Shown piece after piece: positions 38,301 through 47,400 of a stretch of DNA of 64,000 nucleotides. The stretch lies in the NCBI GenBank assembly GCA_000998135.1, contig LCCV01000002.1, positions 29,421 to 93,420 of the forward strand, written 5' to 3'. This DNA is from Parcubacteria group bacterium GW2011_GWA2_42_14 (GTDB taxonomy: Bacteria; Patescibacteriota; Minisyncoccia; Sungbacterales; GWA2-42-14). The translations under genes were made by a program, and so were the position numbers. The stretch's first letter is position 1. Every line of letters begins with the position of its first letter. The notes under the pieces are model-generated. The model did not search any database and was not told the DNA's origin. It saw only the letters and a list, made by a program, of their open reading frames with translations.

Positions 38301-39356
38301 GCGGTTTTTAAACCATAATTCCTTTGTTTGCTTTTCCTTTTCCACTTCGTCAAAAAAGAGCTTAACCACCCCGGCGCCGTTAATAACCGCCTGTTTTGAC
38401 AGCAAATTCCAGTAGTCGGTGAGGATGAGGTTGTCGTCGTCAGCAATAGAAAACTTGTTTTTGTTGTCTTTAGGATTCAACAAGTAATACCATCCAAAAG
38501 ATACATCCGACATTACAATATGATATTTTTTATCACTCAAAATACGATAACCAAATAATACGGATAACCCATTTGATAACTGTTCTTCTTCATAAAAACT
38601 TACATCTGGTTTAATAAATAAATCTGAAAAAATAGTATCTTTACTAAAAAAATTATTATTTGAATAGTTTGCCGTTGCATCAAAATAACTACTGATATTT
38701 GATAAAACATATGGTTTTTTACCGCTTTCTATAAGCTCGGCAACCGTATTTAAATTTTCCGGAGAAAATTTTCTGGTCCAATCTTCATAAGGACTTGAGT
38801 TTAAAACTTGAGAATGTTCAAACAGGCCAGCATGACCATCATTACGGGTATGTTCAGGCACAGTTGCGTCTTCCAAAAGATGTAATGTATGCCCCAATGA
38901 CTCCAATCCCCTATTTTTATCTACCCAGGCATAATCGTAAATCGCCCTTTCCCATGAATAATCCGAAGGCGATGAAAATAGGTCAAAAATTGAACCATAA
39001 GTTTTGTCGCGAAACACTCCGTCTTCCTGGGCTTGAGCCAAGGTGTTTTGCGACCAGTCTTTTGAGCTTTCCCAGCTCTCGCCAAGTATAGTAAGACCGC
39101 GATTATAAATCGGGTCGTAAAAATGGTGAAGCCATCTTGTCTCTTCGTCTTCATCAATGCTTCCATTCATTAAAATCGCAATCTCTTCGCTATTTAAGGC
39201 CTTTTCCTGATAATTGTGATTAAAAAAACGGCCGATTTCTTTGGTTAAAGCCGGATGAGTGGTTTGATCGTCATAGGCAAAAACAAGAATGGGCAGAAAT
39301 AAAACAAATACTGCCGCCCCAATCGCTGATATTGTGTGGGAATACTTCGATTGCAT
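35352..39356 (-). CDS. Large secreted protein: Zn-dependent phospholipase C/P1-like domain, repeat-laden S/T linker, FN3-like, lamin-tail domain, right-handed beta-helix
   Basis: Signal peptide then Y....H; HHFYDP; LGHTLHLLEDATVPEHTRNDGH; IINEIAWAG..EWIELK; two VFT..YDDEYGGDTN repeats. Confidence 0.8.
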   Translation of the reverse strand: MQSKYSHTISAIGAAVFVLFLPILVFAYDDQTTHPALTKEIGRFFNHNYQEKALNSEEIAILMNGSIDEDEETRWLHHFYDPIYNRGLTILGESWESSKDWSQNTLAQAQEDGVFRDKTYGSIFDLFSSPSDYSWERAIYDYAWVDKNRGLESLGHTLHLLEDATVPEHTRNDGHAGLFEHSQVLNSSPYEDWTRKFSPENLNTVAELIESGKKPYVLSNISSYFDATANYSNNNFFSKDTIFSDLFIKPDVSFYEEEQLSNGLSVLFGYRILSDKKYHIVMSDVSFGWYYLLNPKDNKNKFSIADDDNLILTDYWNLLSKQAVINGAGVVKLFFDEVEKEKQTKELWFKNRSWWQKAWNWTSSLFSTLTNFSAENLDGQASSDSNTSYTAAIITSTESTTELSTPSDADASAALGVADDEIANFGSFYGESSRTISETSDIEPVPQIYGGSTSIDSETLDLAPAATSTPSVFLPMPTLGVATSTPPPPPPYALGDFIAGAGGEYVAPVQASTPSDAEASAALGVATTTTDTTPPDISLNIQECSDSFSQTDCVIATTTLTIFLESNSEDIASFFLNCAYRQKTSQPWQDCDDFLKFIEVEPPMGGSTSTASSTAPFATSFIFTASPNTFYEFRAKAKDKTGNESAEIVKILEINQMPVIINEIAWAGTGNSATTSEDEWIELKSRSEAEIDLTGWQLKFFKPGEPEPKIIINLSGKIAPKSYYLIERDDDNAVSIIKADFIASFGAGLDDNGMILKLEKGSTTASGEPSRTIDRTPELCPWDRSRPTGWCAGILLARFSMERIDPDAPGETQANWGTYFEEEIVNINKNAEDGPVYGTPKARNSVNYLIAVDGNLTGDRILTKENSPYLIRRAGLTIRDGAVLNIEPGVVIKIMPPNDYWAIINVYGKIFSRGAPEEPIVFTGIYDDEYGGDTNKDGVCDPLNASSTAICPQAGNWRQFTFNLESSGSEFLNTFFRYGGNMDNNLPFKRRAMIYITSAALSFKNSRLEHSLLRGLSCINCNANIENSVFYKNALEALIIAGSAPKVLNNTFLENGGGIFSSDIHGGEVRNNTFDKNGNVIIAESSPPLFGGNTVISDSPGVKGIIIRNNAGNDHVFAKDLPYIIDWGNYTFAGNISAEKGAVFKFMPNTGLTIAGAFSANGTLEEPVVFTSFYDDEYGGDTNNDATSSQPILGHWRGIDFWGSGEAVFDGAVIRYAGGEEERYNLAGIKAGGNEPLTIKNSVIEKNKFKGVWLASNASSTVTDTIFRDNLLPGKQYYALVISGSATTTISNLIFRDNGVGMAVDSSHHLINNGGIDFYDDSNVIKTIPPDLLP
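37040..38146. repeat. Seven in-frame palindromes: three 42-bp CAACACCGAGTG units (37781-37822, 37913-37954, 38105-38146), 37531-37562, 37988-38016, 37040-37059, 38051-38070
   Basis: Inverted arms read directly; each family has other copies in the window. Confidence 0.85.
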
Positions 39357-39505
39357 AAATTTATAAGTAGCAAAACACCACTAAAACGGCAAGGCCGGGC
39401 CTTTATAACGAAATCCGCTCTGCAAGCGGATTTAAGTTTAAAGATTTTGTGTCTGCGTATGTCTGCATTCTGTCTACGCCGGTCAGCGATGCGTGAAGCG
39501 CATAT

Positions 39506-39976
39506 TTATAAATCTAAAATTTTCCATTTATTGTTTACATTTTTAGCAACTAAAATTGTTAAGGCAACTTGTTTTTGGTCATTAGCAATACTAAAAGACA
39601 CCTGCCCATCAGAAATATCATTTTTATATTTCTTACGTTCTAAATCAAATGTCATTTCGGTAATTTTATTAGCGCTCTTAACATTATTTAAATTCCCTCT
39701 CCACTCCTCCTGCTTGTCCAGCACAAAGTATTTAGAGGCCAAATCAATGTCGCCGGTTTTCAGGGCCGAAATAAAAAGCTCAAGGGTTTCTTCGGGCGTG
39801 TCTCCGCCGTAAGTGTCGGCCATGTAGCGCTCTTTTTGGGCCAAAAGGTCCTGATATTTGTGGTATTCAGGCGAGGTTCTATAGCGATAATATCCTATGC
39901 CAAAGAAAATCCCGGCGCCGATAAGCACTATGACCAAAAACTGTAAAAAGTATTTAATTATGAGTTTTTTGTTCAT
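39506..39976 (-). CDS. Small N-terminally anchored exported protein
   Basis: One TM helix; DTYGGDTPEETLELFISALKTGDIDLASKYF; ends KWKI. Confidence 0.75.
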   Translation of the reverse strand: MNKKLIIKYFLQFLVIVLIGAGIFFGIGYYRYRTSPEYHKYQDLLAQKERYMADTYGGDTPEETLELFISALKTGDIDLASKYFVLDKQEEWRGNLNNVKSANKITEMTFDLERKKYKNDISDGQVSFSIANDQKQVALTILVAKNVNNKWKILDL

Positions 39977-40217
39977 AATATCAAATTATTATAATTGACT
40001 CAATTACTCTAAGTTACTCTGATTAAAACCAAAAGTCAAATGTCTTGTGTCTTGTGTAACTGTTGAATAATTGCCAAAAAGTTACCTCCTGAACTTTTCG
40101 CAAGACAACTTTTTGGCTTTAAATAAGGTAACCCCTCGACTCTGCTCGGGGGGTAAGAGGATTATTAATAACCTCTGTGGATAACTTTCGGTTTATTTTC
40201 GGTATTAAGGTGTTAAT

Positions 40218-41687
40218 ATGAAAATGATGCTAACTTTACGGCAAAAACAAATACTGGATTTTGTTGCCACCTACGCGCATAAACGGAAAATTGCCCCCTC
40301 GCTTGAAGAAATCAAAAGGCATTTTCGGCTAAAATCGGTTTCAAATATCCATCAGCACCTCAATGCTTTAGCGGCCAAGGGCTATTTAAACAGGTTCAAA
40401 AACCGGAAACGCGGCATTGAGCTCCCCCAATCCGAACGTCTCGTAAAAATACCGCTCTTGGGAGAAATTGCCGCAGGCAAACCGATAGAAGCAATAGAAC
40501 ATAAAGAGTTTATCGCGGTCCCCGAGTCAAAATTGGCTTCAGGCGGGGAAATTTACGCCCTTCGCGTAAAAGGAGACAGCATGATTGACGAACATATAAA
40601 TAACGGGGACACAATTTTAATAAAAAGGCAGAATGTCGCCGAAAACGGCCAAAAAGTGGTAGCGCTCCTTAACGGAAATGAAGCAACGCTTAAAACTTTT
40701 TACAAAGAAAGGGGGCAGATAAGATTGGAGCCGGCCAATAAAAATTATCAACCCCTCATAATAAAAAGGGGGCAGGAGTTTTCTTTGCAGGGCGTTTTAC
40801 TTGATGTAATAAAAACAAATGAGGATGAATGGCAAACAAAACCTTTTACATTGCCAGCCGAAGAAGGAAAAGGGCGACAAACTATTACTTTTCAAAAAAT
40901 CCCTCCTTATTTTGAAGAACGAAATTTTATTTTATATCATGGAGATTGTGTCGGCGTTCTTGCACAACTGCCGCCAGAATCGGTTGATATGATTTTTGCC
41001 GATCCTCCATACAATCTTTCCAATGATGGATTTTCGCTTCACGCCGGCAAAAGAGTTAGTGTAAATAAAGGAAACTGGGATAAGAGCAAGGGGTTTAAAG
41101 ATGACTACGATTTTCATTATCGCTGGCTCAATGCCTGCAAAAATATTCTAAAGCCCAACGGCACTCTTTGGGTAAGCGGAACATACCACTCAATTTATCA
41201 ATGCGGCTACGCGCTGCAATCTCTTGGTTATCACATATTAAATGATATTTCATGGTTCAAACCAAACGGCTCGCCGAATTTGAGCTGCCGTTATTTTACG
41301 GCCTCACACGAAACTTTGCTCTGGGCGCGAAAAGACAAAAAAGCGAAACATTTTTTCAACTATAATTTAATGAAAAAAGGGAATTGGCCGGAAGATTTTA
41401 TTAAAAAACCAAACCTGCAAATGCGTTCGGTTTGGGCGATTTATCCGCCTAAAAAGCCGGAAAAAACTTTTGGCAAACACCCAACGCAGAAGCCGCTAGA
41501 ATTATTAAAGAGAATTATCCTTGCATCAACAAACCCCGGCGCCGTCATTCTTGACCCGTTCACCGGAAGTTCCACAACGGGAATTGCCTCGGAAATAATA
41601 GGAAAAAGAAAGTTTATCGGAATTGATACTGATAAAAAATATCTCGAACTATCCGTAAAACGCTTTAAAGAGATTATGACGACATAA
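40218..41687 (+). CDS. lexA: LexA repressor fused to a beta-class N6/N4 DNA methyltransferase
   Basis: LT.RQ..IL, PS.EEI, IAAG cleavage site, GDSM, ATLK; then IFADPPY, HPTQKP, LDPFTGSSTT in one frame. Confidence 0.9.
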   Translation: MKMMLTLRQKQILDFVATYAHKRKIAPSLEEIKRHFRLKSVSNIHQHLNALAAKGYLNRFKNRKRGIELPQSERLVKIPLLGEIAAGKPIEAIEHKEFIAVPESKLASGGEIYALRVKGDSMIDEHINNGDTILIKRQNVAENGQKVVALLNGNEATLKTFYKERGQIRLEPANKNYQPLIIKRGQEFSLQGVLLDVIKTNEDEWQTKPFTLPAEEGKGRQTITFQKIPPYFEERNFILYHGDCVGVLAQLPPESVDMIFADPPYNLSNDGFSLHAGKRVSVNKGNWDKSKGFKDDYDFHYRWLNACKNILKPNGTLWVSGTYHSIYQCGYALQSLGYHILNDISWFKPNGSPNLSCRYFTASHETLLWARKDKKAKHFFNYNLMKKGNWPEDFIKKPNLQMRSVWAIYPPKKPEKTFGKHPTQKPLELLKRIILASTNPGAVILDPFTGSSTTGIASEIIGKRKFIGIDTDKKYLELSVKRFKEIMTT

Positions 41688-41703
41688 GCAATCTCTACAA
41701 ACC

Positions 41704-42279
41704 CTATCTTCTAAGGGGTAGGGCCGACTCTAACACTTCTGTATAGTGTTTTTTGCCGTCAATGTAGTCCCTTAATGTAAAGAGGAGATTTCGGAACATA
41801 TATGCACCCGGAGTCGCTTTTTCGTTTTTGGAAAAAAGTTCAATGACCGTAGCCACATAATCAAGCGAAAGGGTATAATTCTGCTCAATATGGGCATAAC
41901 GTTTGGTAATTTCTTCCACCGTTTCAAGTTTTAAATCATCTCGCTTCTTAACGGTAGTGAAAGGCGTGACACGGTCATAATAATCGATGTAATATTGTAT
42001 GATTTCTCGAACTTCTTTTCTATATTCCGGAATCTTAAGAAGTAAATCAACCACCCAATATGTATGCGGCGGGAGTACGGGTTTTTTATCGAGACCGGGC
42101 ACTAACACCTTAAGCTTAAAATCCAGTTTCGGATTCGCCCCGCGGCTACCTTGAAAAAGGGCGACAAGCGTCCCATCTTTTATTTTATATGTCTTGAACG
42201 CGCGCTCTTTGGGCGATAATTGCCAAAGATGCGTGCCGTCATAATATTTAAGATTATAAACAAGAGGAGTTTGCGGCAT
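41704..42279 (-). CDS. Hypothetical protein beside the methyltransferase
   Basis: 191-aa ORF with plausible composition; family not recognised. Confidence 0.65.
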   Translation of the reverse strand: MPQTPLVYNLKYYDGTHLWQLSPKERAFKTYKIKDGTLVALFQGSRGANPKLDFKLKVLVPGLDKKPVLPPHTYWVVDLLLKIPEYRKEVREIIQYYIDYYDRVTPFTTVKKRDDLKLETVEEITKRYAHIEQNYTLSLDYVATVIELFSKNEKATPGAYMFRNLLFTLRDYIDGKKHYTEVLESALPLRR

Positions 42280-42357
42280 AACCTCTCTAGTGTAATCTTT
42301 TCAAACGAAATGATCAACCGCCTCTCCGCTCCCTTGCTCGTTGCTCGCCCCGAATAT

Positions 42358-43176
42358 TTAGAAGACCGGCGATAAAGTAGGGAAAGTTTCAAAAAGACTT
42401 TTAATTTTGGGTAGCGGTGATCGGTTGAATGGCGGATAAGCAAAAGCGAAAAAAAATTTTGCAAGAGAACGGCGGTTTAATAAAACCGCAACCAAATTAG
42501 CAAAAGTAAGCAGGGTATTTATTCTTCCGTAATCACCCTCTGCATTCTCATGGCCCATGGTATGCATTTTTACATCTTCATTTAACGCCAAAACGTCTAA
42601 AAAATACAAATACACATCTATAGGAATGCCCTCAATTTCTGGCAATCTTTTTTTGAGAACAGCTAAGGAAATTTTCGGAGGCACATATCTCCATTTATTC
42701 TCCTTATTTTTCATATGGTCTAACATAAAAGCCATTCGATAAATCAACATTCCAAAAATTTCTAAGCCGAAGATGTCGGCGCGCATAAGATGCCCTATTT
42801 GCTCAAACATATCTCCAAACGTTAAATCCTTACCAATCTTAACTCCTGCTTGCATGATAAAAGGATTCATATCATTTTTATTATTTGTGATTTTACCTGT
42901 TTTATAATGCTTACGTTTAAAATCGGGGGCCGCTTCTTTTCCCGGCTTGCCAACAGCAACAACAAAATCATGGCTCTTATAAATCTCCGTTGTTATTCTA
43001 TGCGCCTGGTCTTTGCCCCTCGGCCATCCTATTGCCTCTTGCAGCATTTCTATTCGAAGGGGCCTGGCAGTTGAGCTTAATTTATTAAGAGTAATTAAAC
43101 AAAGTTCTTTATTAATTGCCAAAATGGTTTCTTCCGGTATGCCGAGAGCTAAATAATATTCTTCGGTTATTTTCAT
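42358..43176 (-). CDS. Hypothetical protein beside the methyltransferase
   Basis: 272-aa ORF starting 4 bp after the TPR gene stop; family not recognised. Confidence 0.65.
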   Translation of the reverse strand: MKITEEYYLALGIPEETILAINKELCLITLNKLSSTARPLRIEMLQEAIGWPRGKDQAHRITTEIYKSHDFVVAVGKPGKEAAPDFKRKHYKTGKITNNKNDMNPFIMQAGVKIGKDLTFGDMFEQIGHLMRADIFGLEIFGMLIYRMAFMLDHMKNKENKWRYVPPKISLAVLKKRLPEIEGIPIDVYLYFLDVLALNEDVKMHTMGHENAEGDYGRINTLLTFANLVAVLLNRRSLAKFFFAFAYPPFNRSPLPKIKSLFETFPTLSPVF

Positions 43177-43180
43177 ATTT

Positions 43181-44002
43181 TTATTTTTTTAGCGCGTCAA
43201 TCTCTGCTGCGACTGCCTTATTATGGGGGTCTAAAGCAAGGACTTTTTGGTAATACTCAAGGGCTTTGGGGAAATTGCCCTGTTCTTTATAAAAACGGGC
43301 GAGGTAGCTTAAAAGGGTTTGGTTGTCGGGGTTGGCGGCGAGACCGGATTCAATTATTTTTATAATTTTGTTGCTTCTCGACTCGCCTGCGGGTTCGCTC
43401 GAAGAATATAAATCGGCAAGGGCTGTATATGGATAAATATCGCCCGGAGCATTCTCTATGGCCTTCTTATAGCTTAATTCGGCCTTAGGATAGTCCTTAA
43501 GATATAAAGCGTATAATCCACCCAGATTAGCAAAAGAGGTGGAATTTTGGGGCCTGATGAGTGAGGCATACTCCCAGGCGTCCCGCGCTCCCAAATAATC
43601 GCCGAAAAATTTCTTAATTACCCCGGCTCTTAACCAATTATCAAGATTATCCGGGCTTTCGGAAACGAATTTGGCAATGTCCAAAAGTTCATTTCTTAGC
43701 TTGGTTTTGACATCTTCAGGATAAGCTAAAACGACGCTTTTATCTTCGTTTACGGTTCCGATTGGGGCGCCATTGTATTGAGGAAGCGTAGGTAATTCTG
43801 TTGGTTTTACAACTTCACCGGACAAGTCACGACCTTCTTTGCGGACAAGGTCGGGACTTGATTGACCGACAAGACCCGGTCTTTTTTCCTCAAGGTCGGG
43901 CCTTAAAACGTCACCGAAAAAATAATAGCCGGAGGCGATAAAGGCCAAAAATAATAAAATAACGAGGTCGCGGAGGAGTAGATTTTTTGTTGAATTGGAC
44001 AT
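43181..44002 (-). CDS. Membrane-anchored TPR protein with in-frame palindrome inserts (43374-43408, 43823-43904)
   Basis: TM helix, TPR repeats (SFANLGGLY..AE.SY.KAI..AP); start ATG 44002. Confidence 0.85.
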   Translation of the reverse strand: MSNSTKNLLLRDLVILLFLAFIASGYYFFGDVLRPDLEEKRPGLVGQSSPDLVRKEGRDLSGEVVKPTELPTLPQYNGAPIGTVNEDKSVVLAYPEDVKTKLRNELLDIAKFVSESPDNLDNWLRAGVIKKFFGDYLGARDAWEYASLIRPQNSTSFANLGGLYALYLKDYPKAELSYKKAIENAPGDIYPYTALADLYSSSEPAGESRSNKIIKIIESGLAANPDNQTLLSYLARFYKEQGNFPKALEYYQKVLALDPHNKAVAAEIDALKK

Positions 44003-44023
44003 GTTTTTATTAATAGGTATGAC

Positions 44024-44355
44024 TTCGACGAAATCAGGCAATAAAATGATACTCCCTAAGCGAGCCCTGCGAGTCGAAGGGTTTCCTTGAATGTATGCCT
44101 TCGACCCGCTTCGCCAAAGCTTCAGCGAGGCGAGTCAGCGAGGCGAGCAAGCTCGAAGAATAAGCAGAGATTACTTCGTCGGTACGCCTCCTCGCAATGA
44201 CGCCGGAATAGTACCTTATAAAAATTATCATTAATAAAGAGATAAATCAATGGTCGTCATCATATATTGCCTGAACTTGTTGAAGGCATACCTTAATGGT
44301 AAACCCTTCGACTCGGCTCAGGGAATAATATTTATAAACAGACCGTCCGAAAACT
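44024..44355. repeat. Intergenic pile-up of fragments from several palindrome families
   Basis: CTTCGAC/GTCGAAG arms, CTTCGCCAAAGCTTCAGCGAGG, CTCGCAATGACG, CCTGAACTTGTTGAAGG...CCCTTCGACTCGGCTCAGG, GACCGTCCGAAAA. Confidence 0.8.
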
Positions 44356-44380
44356 ATAGAACTTCAAAAAACTCGAACAA

Positions 44381-44417
44381 TAATAAAACCAGCCCCGAAA
44401 GGGGGCTGGTTTTATTA
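44381..44417 (-). terminator. Strong intrinsic terminator after the S-layer-like gene
   Basis: TAATAAAACCAGCCCC-GAAAG-GGGGCTGGTTTTATTA. Confidence 0.85.
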
Positions 44418-44460
44418 GAATCGTCTAGAGAGGCCACAAGACTCTTAAGACGTTCAGAGG

Positions 44461-47400
44461 TTAGTAGGAAACAACTTCAGCTGCCATGTTCGTCGCGGGC
44501 AGACCTACCACGCCAAATCCATTGGTCCAGTCCTTGCTGGAAAGCGCAGCGGTAGTCGTAGCGTTTGGAGACCAGATTAAGTCATTATGGGTTTGATCAG
44601 CTATACCCGCAGTTGAAGGAGTAGTTGATGCCTGACCCATAATCGGGTTGGTAGCAGACGGTGTTCCGGGTATCAATCCAGGATATGCTCCATCACCTTC
44701 AAGTTGTGTTGATACGGATGAGTTGGTGGAAACCGAGGAAACGGTTGCCACAACATCAAAGTATCTGGTTGCGCCCGCGGGAACTTGAATAACATCTGTA
44801 GGTACTCCTAGAACACTTCCTGACTGAGTTACCGGGTCAAAGTAGACGCTAAACTGGTTACCACCGCCATACAAAACGTTATCCTCAGTTCCAGCGCTAA
44901 ACCATTCTTTCTTATTTTGAACCGGAATCGCGGTATTGTTCAACAAACCGGAATTGGCATAAGCCGCGATTGAGAAGAGAATATCGCTATAACCATACAC
45001 ACGCAAATTCTGCACAGTTGCCGAAGTCGTTGACATCACAAAGGTGAATTTAGCCAATCCTATATCGCCGTGGGAATCCGCGGTTACCTTGAACCTCAAC
45101 AAACTGACAGTACCTGCGGCGAGTTTATTCGTCGACAAGGAAACTTTAGCAAATGTCGGGTAGGACTTGAACATCCTTACGCCGTTGGAAGCTGTGCTTG
45201 AAACCGCGGCAGTATCAGCGGTCTTTGTCTGAATGGTAGAACCGGATGATTGCCCAACGCCTTCCGTTCCCCTGCTGCCTCCGTCAAAATCAACTACAAC
45301 CAAAGCTCCTTCAGTTCCAACCTGCGAAGTGCCGATTGCGCTCAAATCGCCTTTTACGGTCAGAGTCTTATCCCCATCTTTGGGAATCACGAAATCGGCC
45401 GTAAGGGTTGAAGTTGAATAATCGGTACCGGTAAACAAACCTTCTCCGACCTTGGTTGAACCGTCCCACAAAGTATATTTCACAATATCCGCGGGAGCGT
45501 TATTGGTCGTGGAAGAAAGTTTCAATGCAAGTTTTTGAAGCGTAATGGCTTCGTTGGTCGCGTGTAAGTTGAGTAACGCCAACGGAACATCCGTAGTGTT
45601 TCCGGCAACTATCGCGTAAGTCGGACTTGAAGCGCTAAGCGATACGGACAATGAGCCACCTGCAACCAAAGTCATTTCATTCTGATCGTCGGTGGAAGCG
45701 AGATGAGTTACGGTTGCCGCTTGCCCTGATGTAACACCAGTCGCGGAAAGAGTACTTGCCGCAATCTGCCATTCTGCCTGATTACTAGCAGTCAAGTTTG
45801 CAGGAATATTGCACTTGATGGCCAAGGTCTTGGTTGTTCCTTTGGGAATAATCAAGTGGCTATCAAGCGTAAAGGTTTTTGCTCCTTCAGTAGCTATATC
45901 AACAACATTGGTGCCGGTATTCAGGGCGGTTGCTCCGTCCCAAACTTGGCAACCAGTCAAATCTGTCGTATCTGCTCCGGTATCATCCGCAAACGTAAAG
46001 CTAAGGGTGGTAAAACGAATATCCTCGCCGGAAGCCGTTGCGTCAAACACCGGCTTGGCAAAGGTAAATCCTTGTATACCCATAACTACGTTTTGCGCGG
46101 GCGGGTCGGAAGACAAAGTAACAGTAACAACCGCGCTTTTTACAGTCATAGTATTTCCGGTAACTTGTCCAGCTGGAGTCGGGGTAACCGCTGTTCCGGT
46201 AACGGCACCGGTTCCGTTCCTCCAATCCGTTCCCGGAGTGGTGGAAGCGATAATAGTGTCATTATTTTCAAAACCGGAAGTCGCGGCTAATTTGCCCTTT
46301 AAGGTATAAAGGCCTTTTCCAATGGGGAAAGTAATGGAATCGGTAAAGGTTACATATCCATGAGCAACTAAGCTGTTTACGGTATTTCCCGCTTGTCCGT
46401 CAACAGGACCGGCAACAACCGCTCCTGACGGGCCAACCAATACTATATTGTCAATGTCGTCAACATCAATTTCCGCTCCTCCGTCAGAATCAGAAAGAGT
46501 AAAGCGGAAAGAAGTTTCTGGAATCGTTACCGCCTCTCCCTTTACTTCCACATCAAATCCACCCAAGGGCTGGTCAGCAAGAGTTACAGCAACATTTTGC
46601 GATGCTACCGCTGTTGATTTGGATACAACTATGGAGCCAGCGCCGATATTAATGGCATTGGCATTATAAGCCGGGCTAGCTGAATCAAATCCAGCTGTGC
46701 CAGTATCGGCAGGCAATAAGCCATATCCATACTGGGCTCCGACTACATAAAGGTCGTCATGGCGGTAAATGTCAAAATCAACTGTTCTCGCGGAACCGGA
46801 AACAATATCGCCTTTTACGTAAATTTCAGCGGTATTGCCTTTCAAAACTTTGACTCCAGTTCCAAAAACAGAGGTGTAATATTTTCCATCAGAACTTACG
46901 GTCGTGTCATAAGCAGTTCCGGCAACATAAACCTTGACATTAGCAAGGTCGGCCGTGGCCGCGGAACCGGATTGGTTGAATTTGACTGATTTAATCCAGA
47001 TGTCCTCCCCTGCTCCTGCTGTTCCTTTAATAGAAGAGAACACATAACCGGTTGTTCCAACTTCTTTGGTAATACCGGTTGTTGAAGGATCAAGCGGACC
47101 CCTGATAAGGTCAAATCCACCTACAAGGCCTGATGTTTCGTTCATGGTCTGACCGGTGCCTGCAACCGGAAGTCCGGTAACTGTGGCTGAACCAGCGCTC
47201 ACCGCCACAACTGTCAAGCGGATAACCTGTCCGGAATAACCGGTGGTTGCTCCGCGATTAGCGGCAATAGTCATGGTTTTAGAAGTTCCTGCTTTTACGG
47301 TGAAGGGCTCGGTCAAGACCGCCTGATGAAGGGAATTCAAGGTCTTGGAAAGACCTAATTGAAGTCCGTCTTCACCAAGAATAACGATTCCGGAAAGAGC

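Noticed and set aside
40218-43176. Prophage (repressor plus MTase)
   Set aside because: No integrase, structural or replication genes; the repressor is LexA-type.
44034-44555. ORFs 44034-44231 and 44250-44555
   Set aside because: Chance frames through repeats and the terminator.
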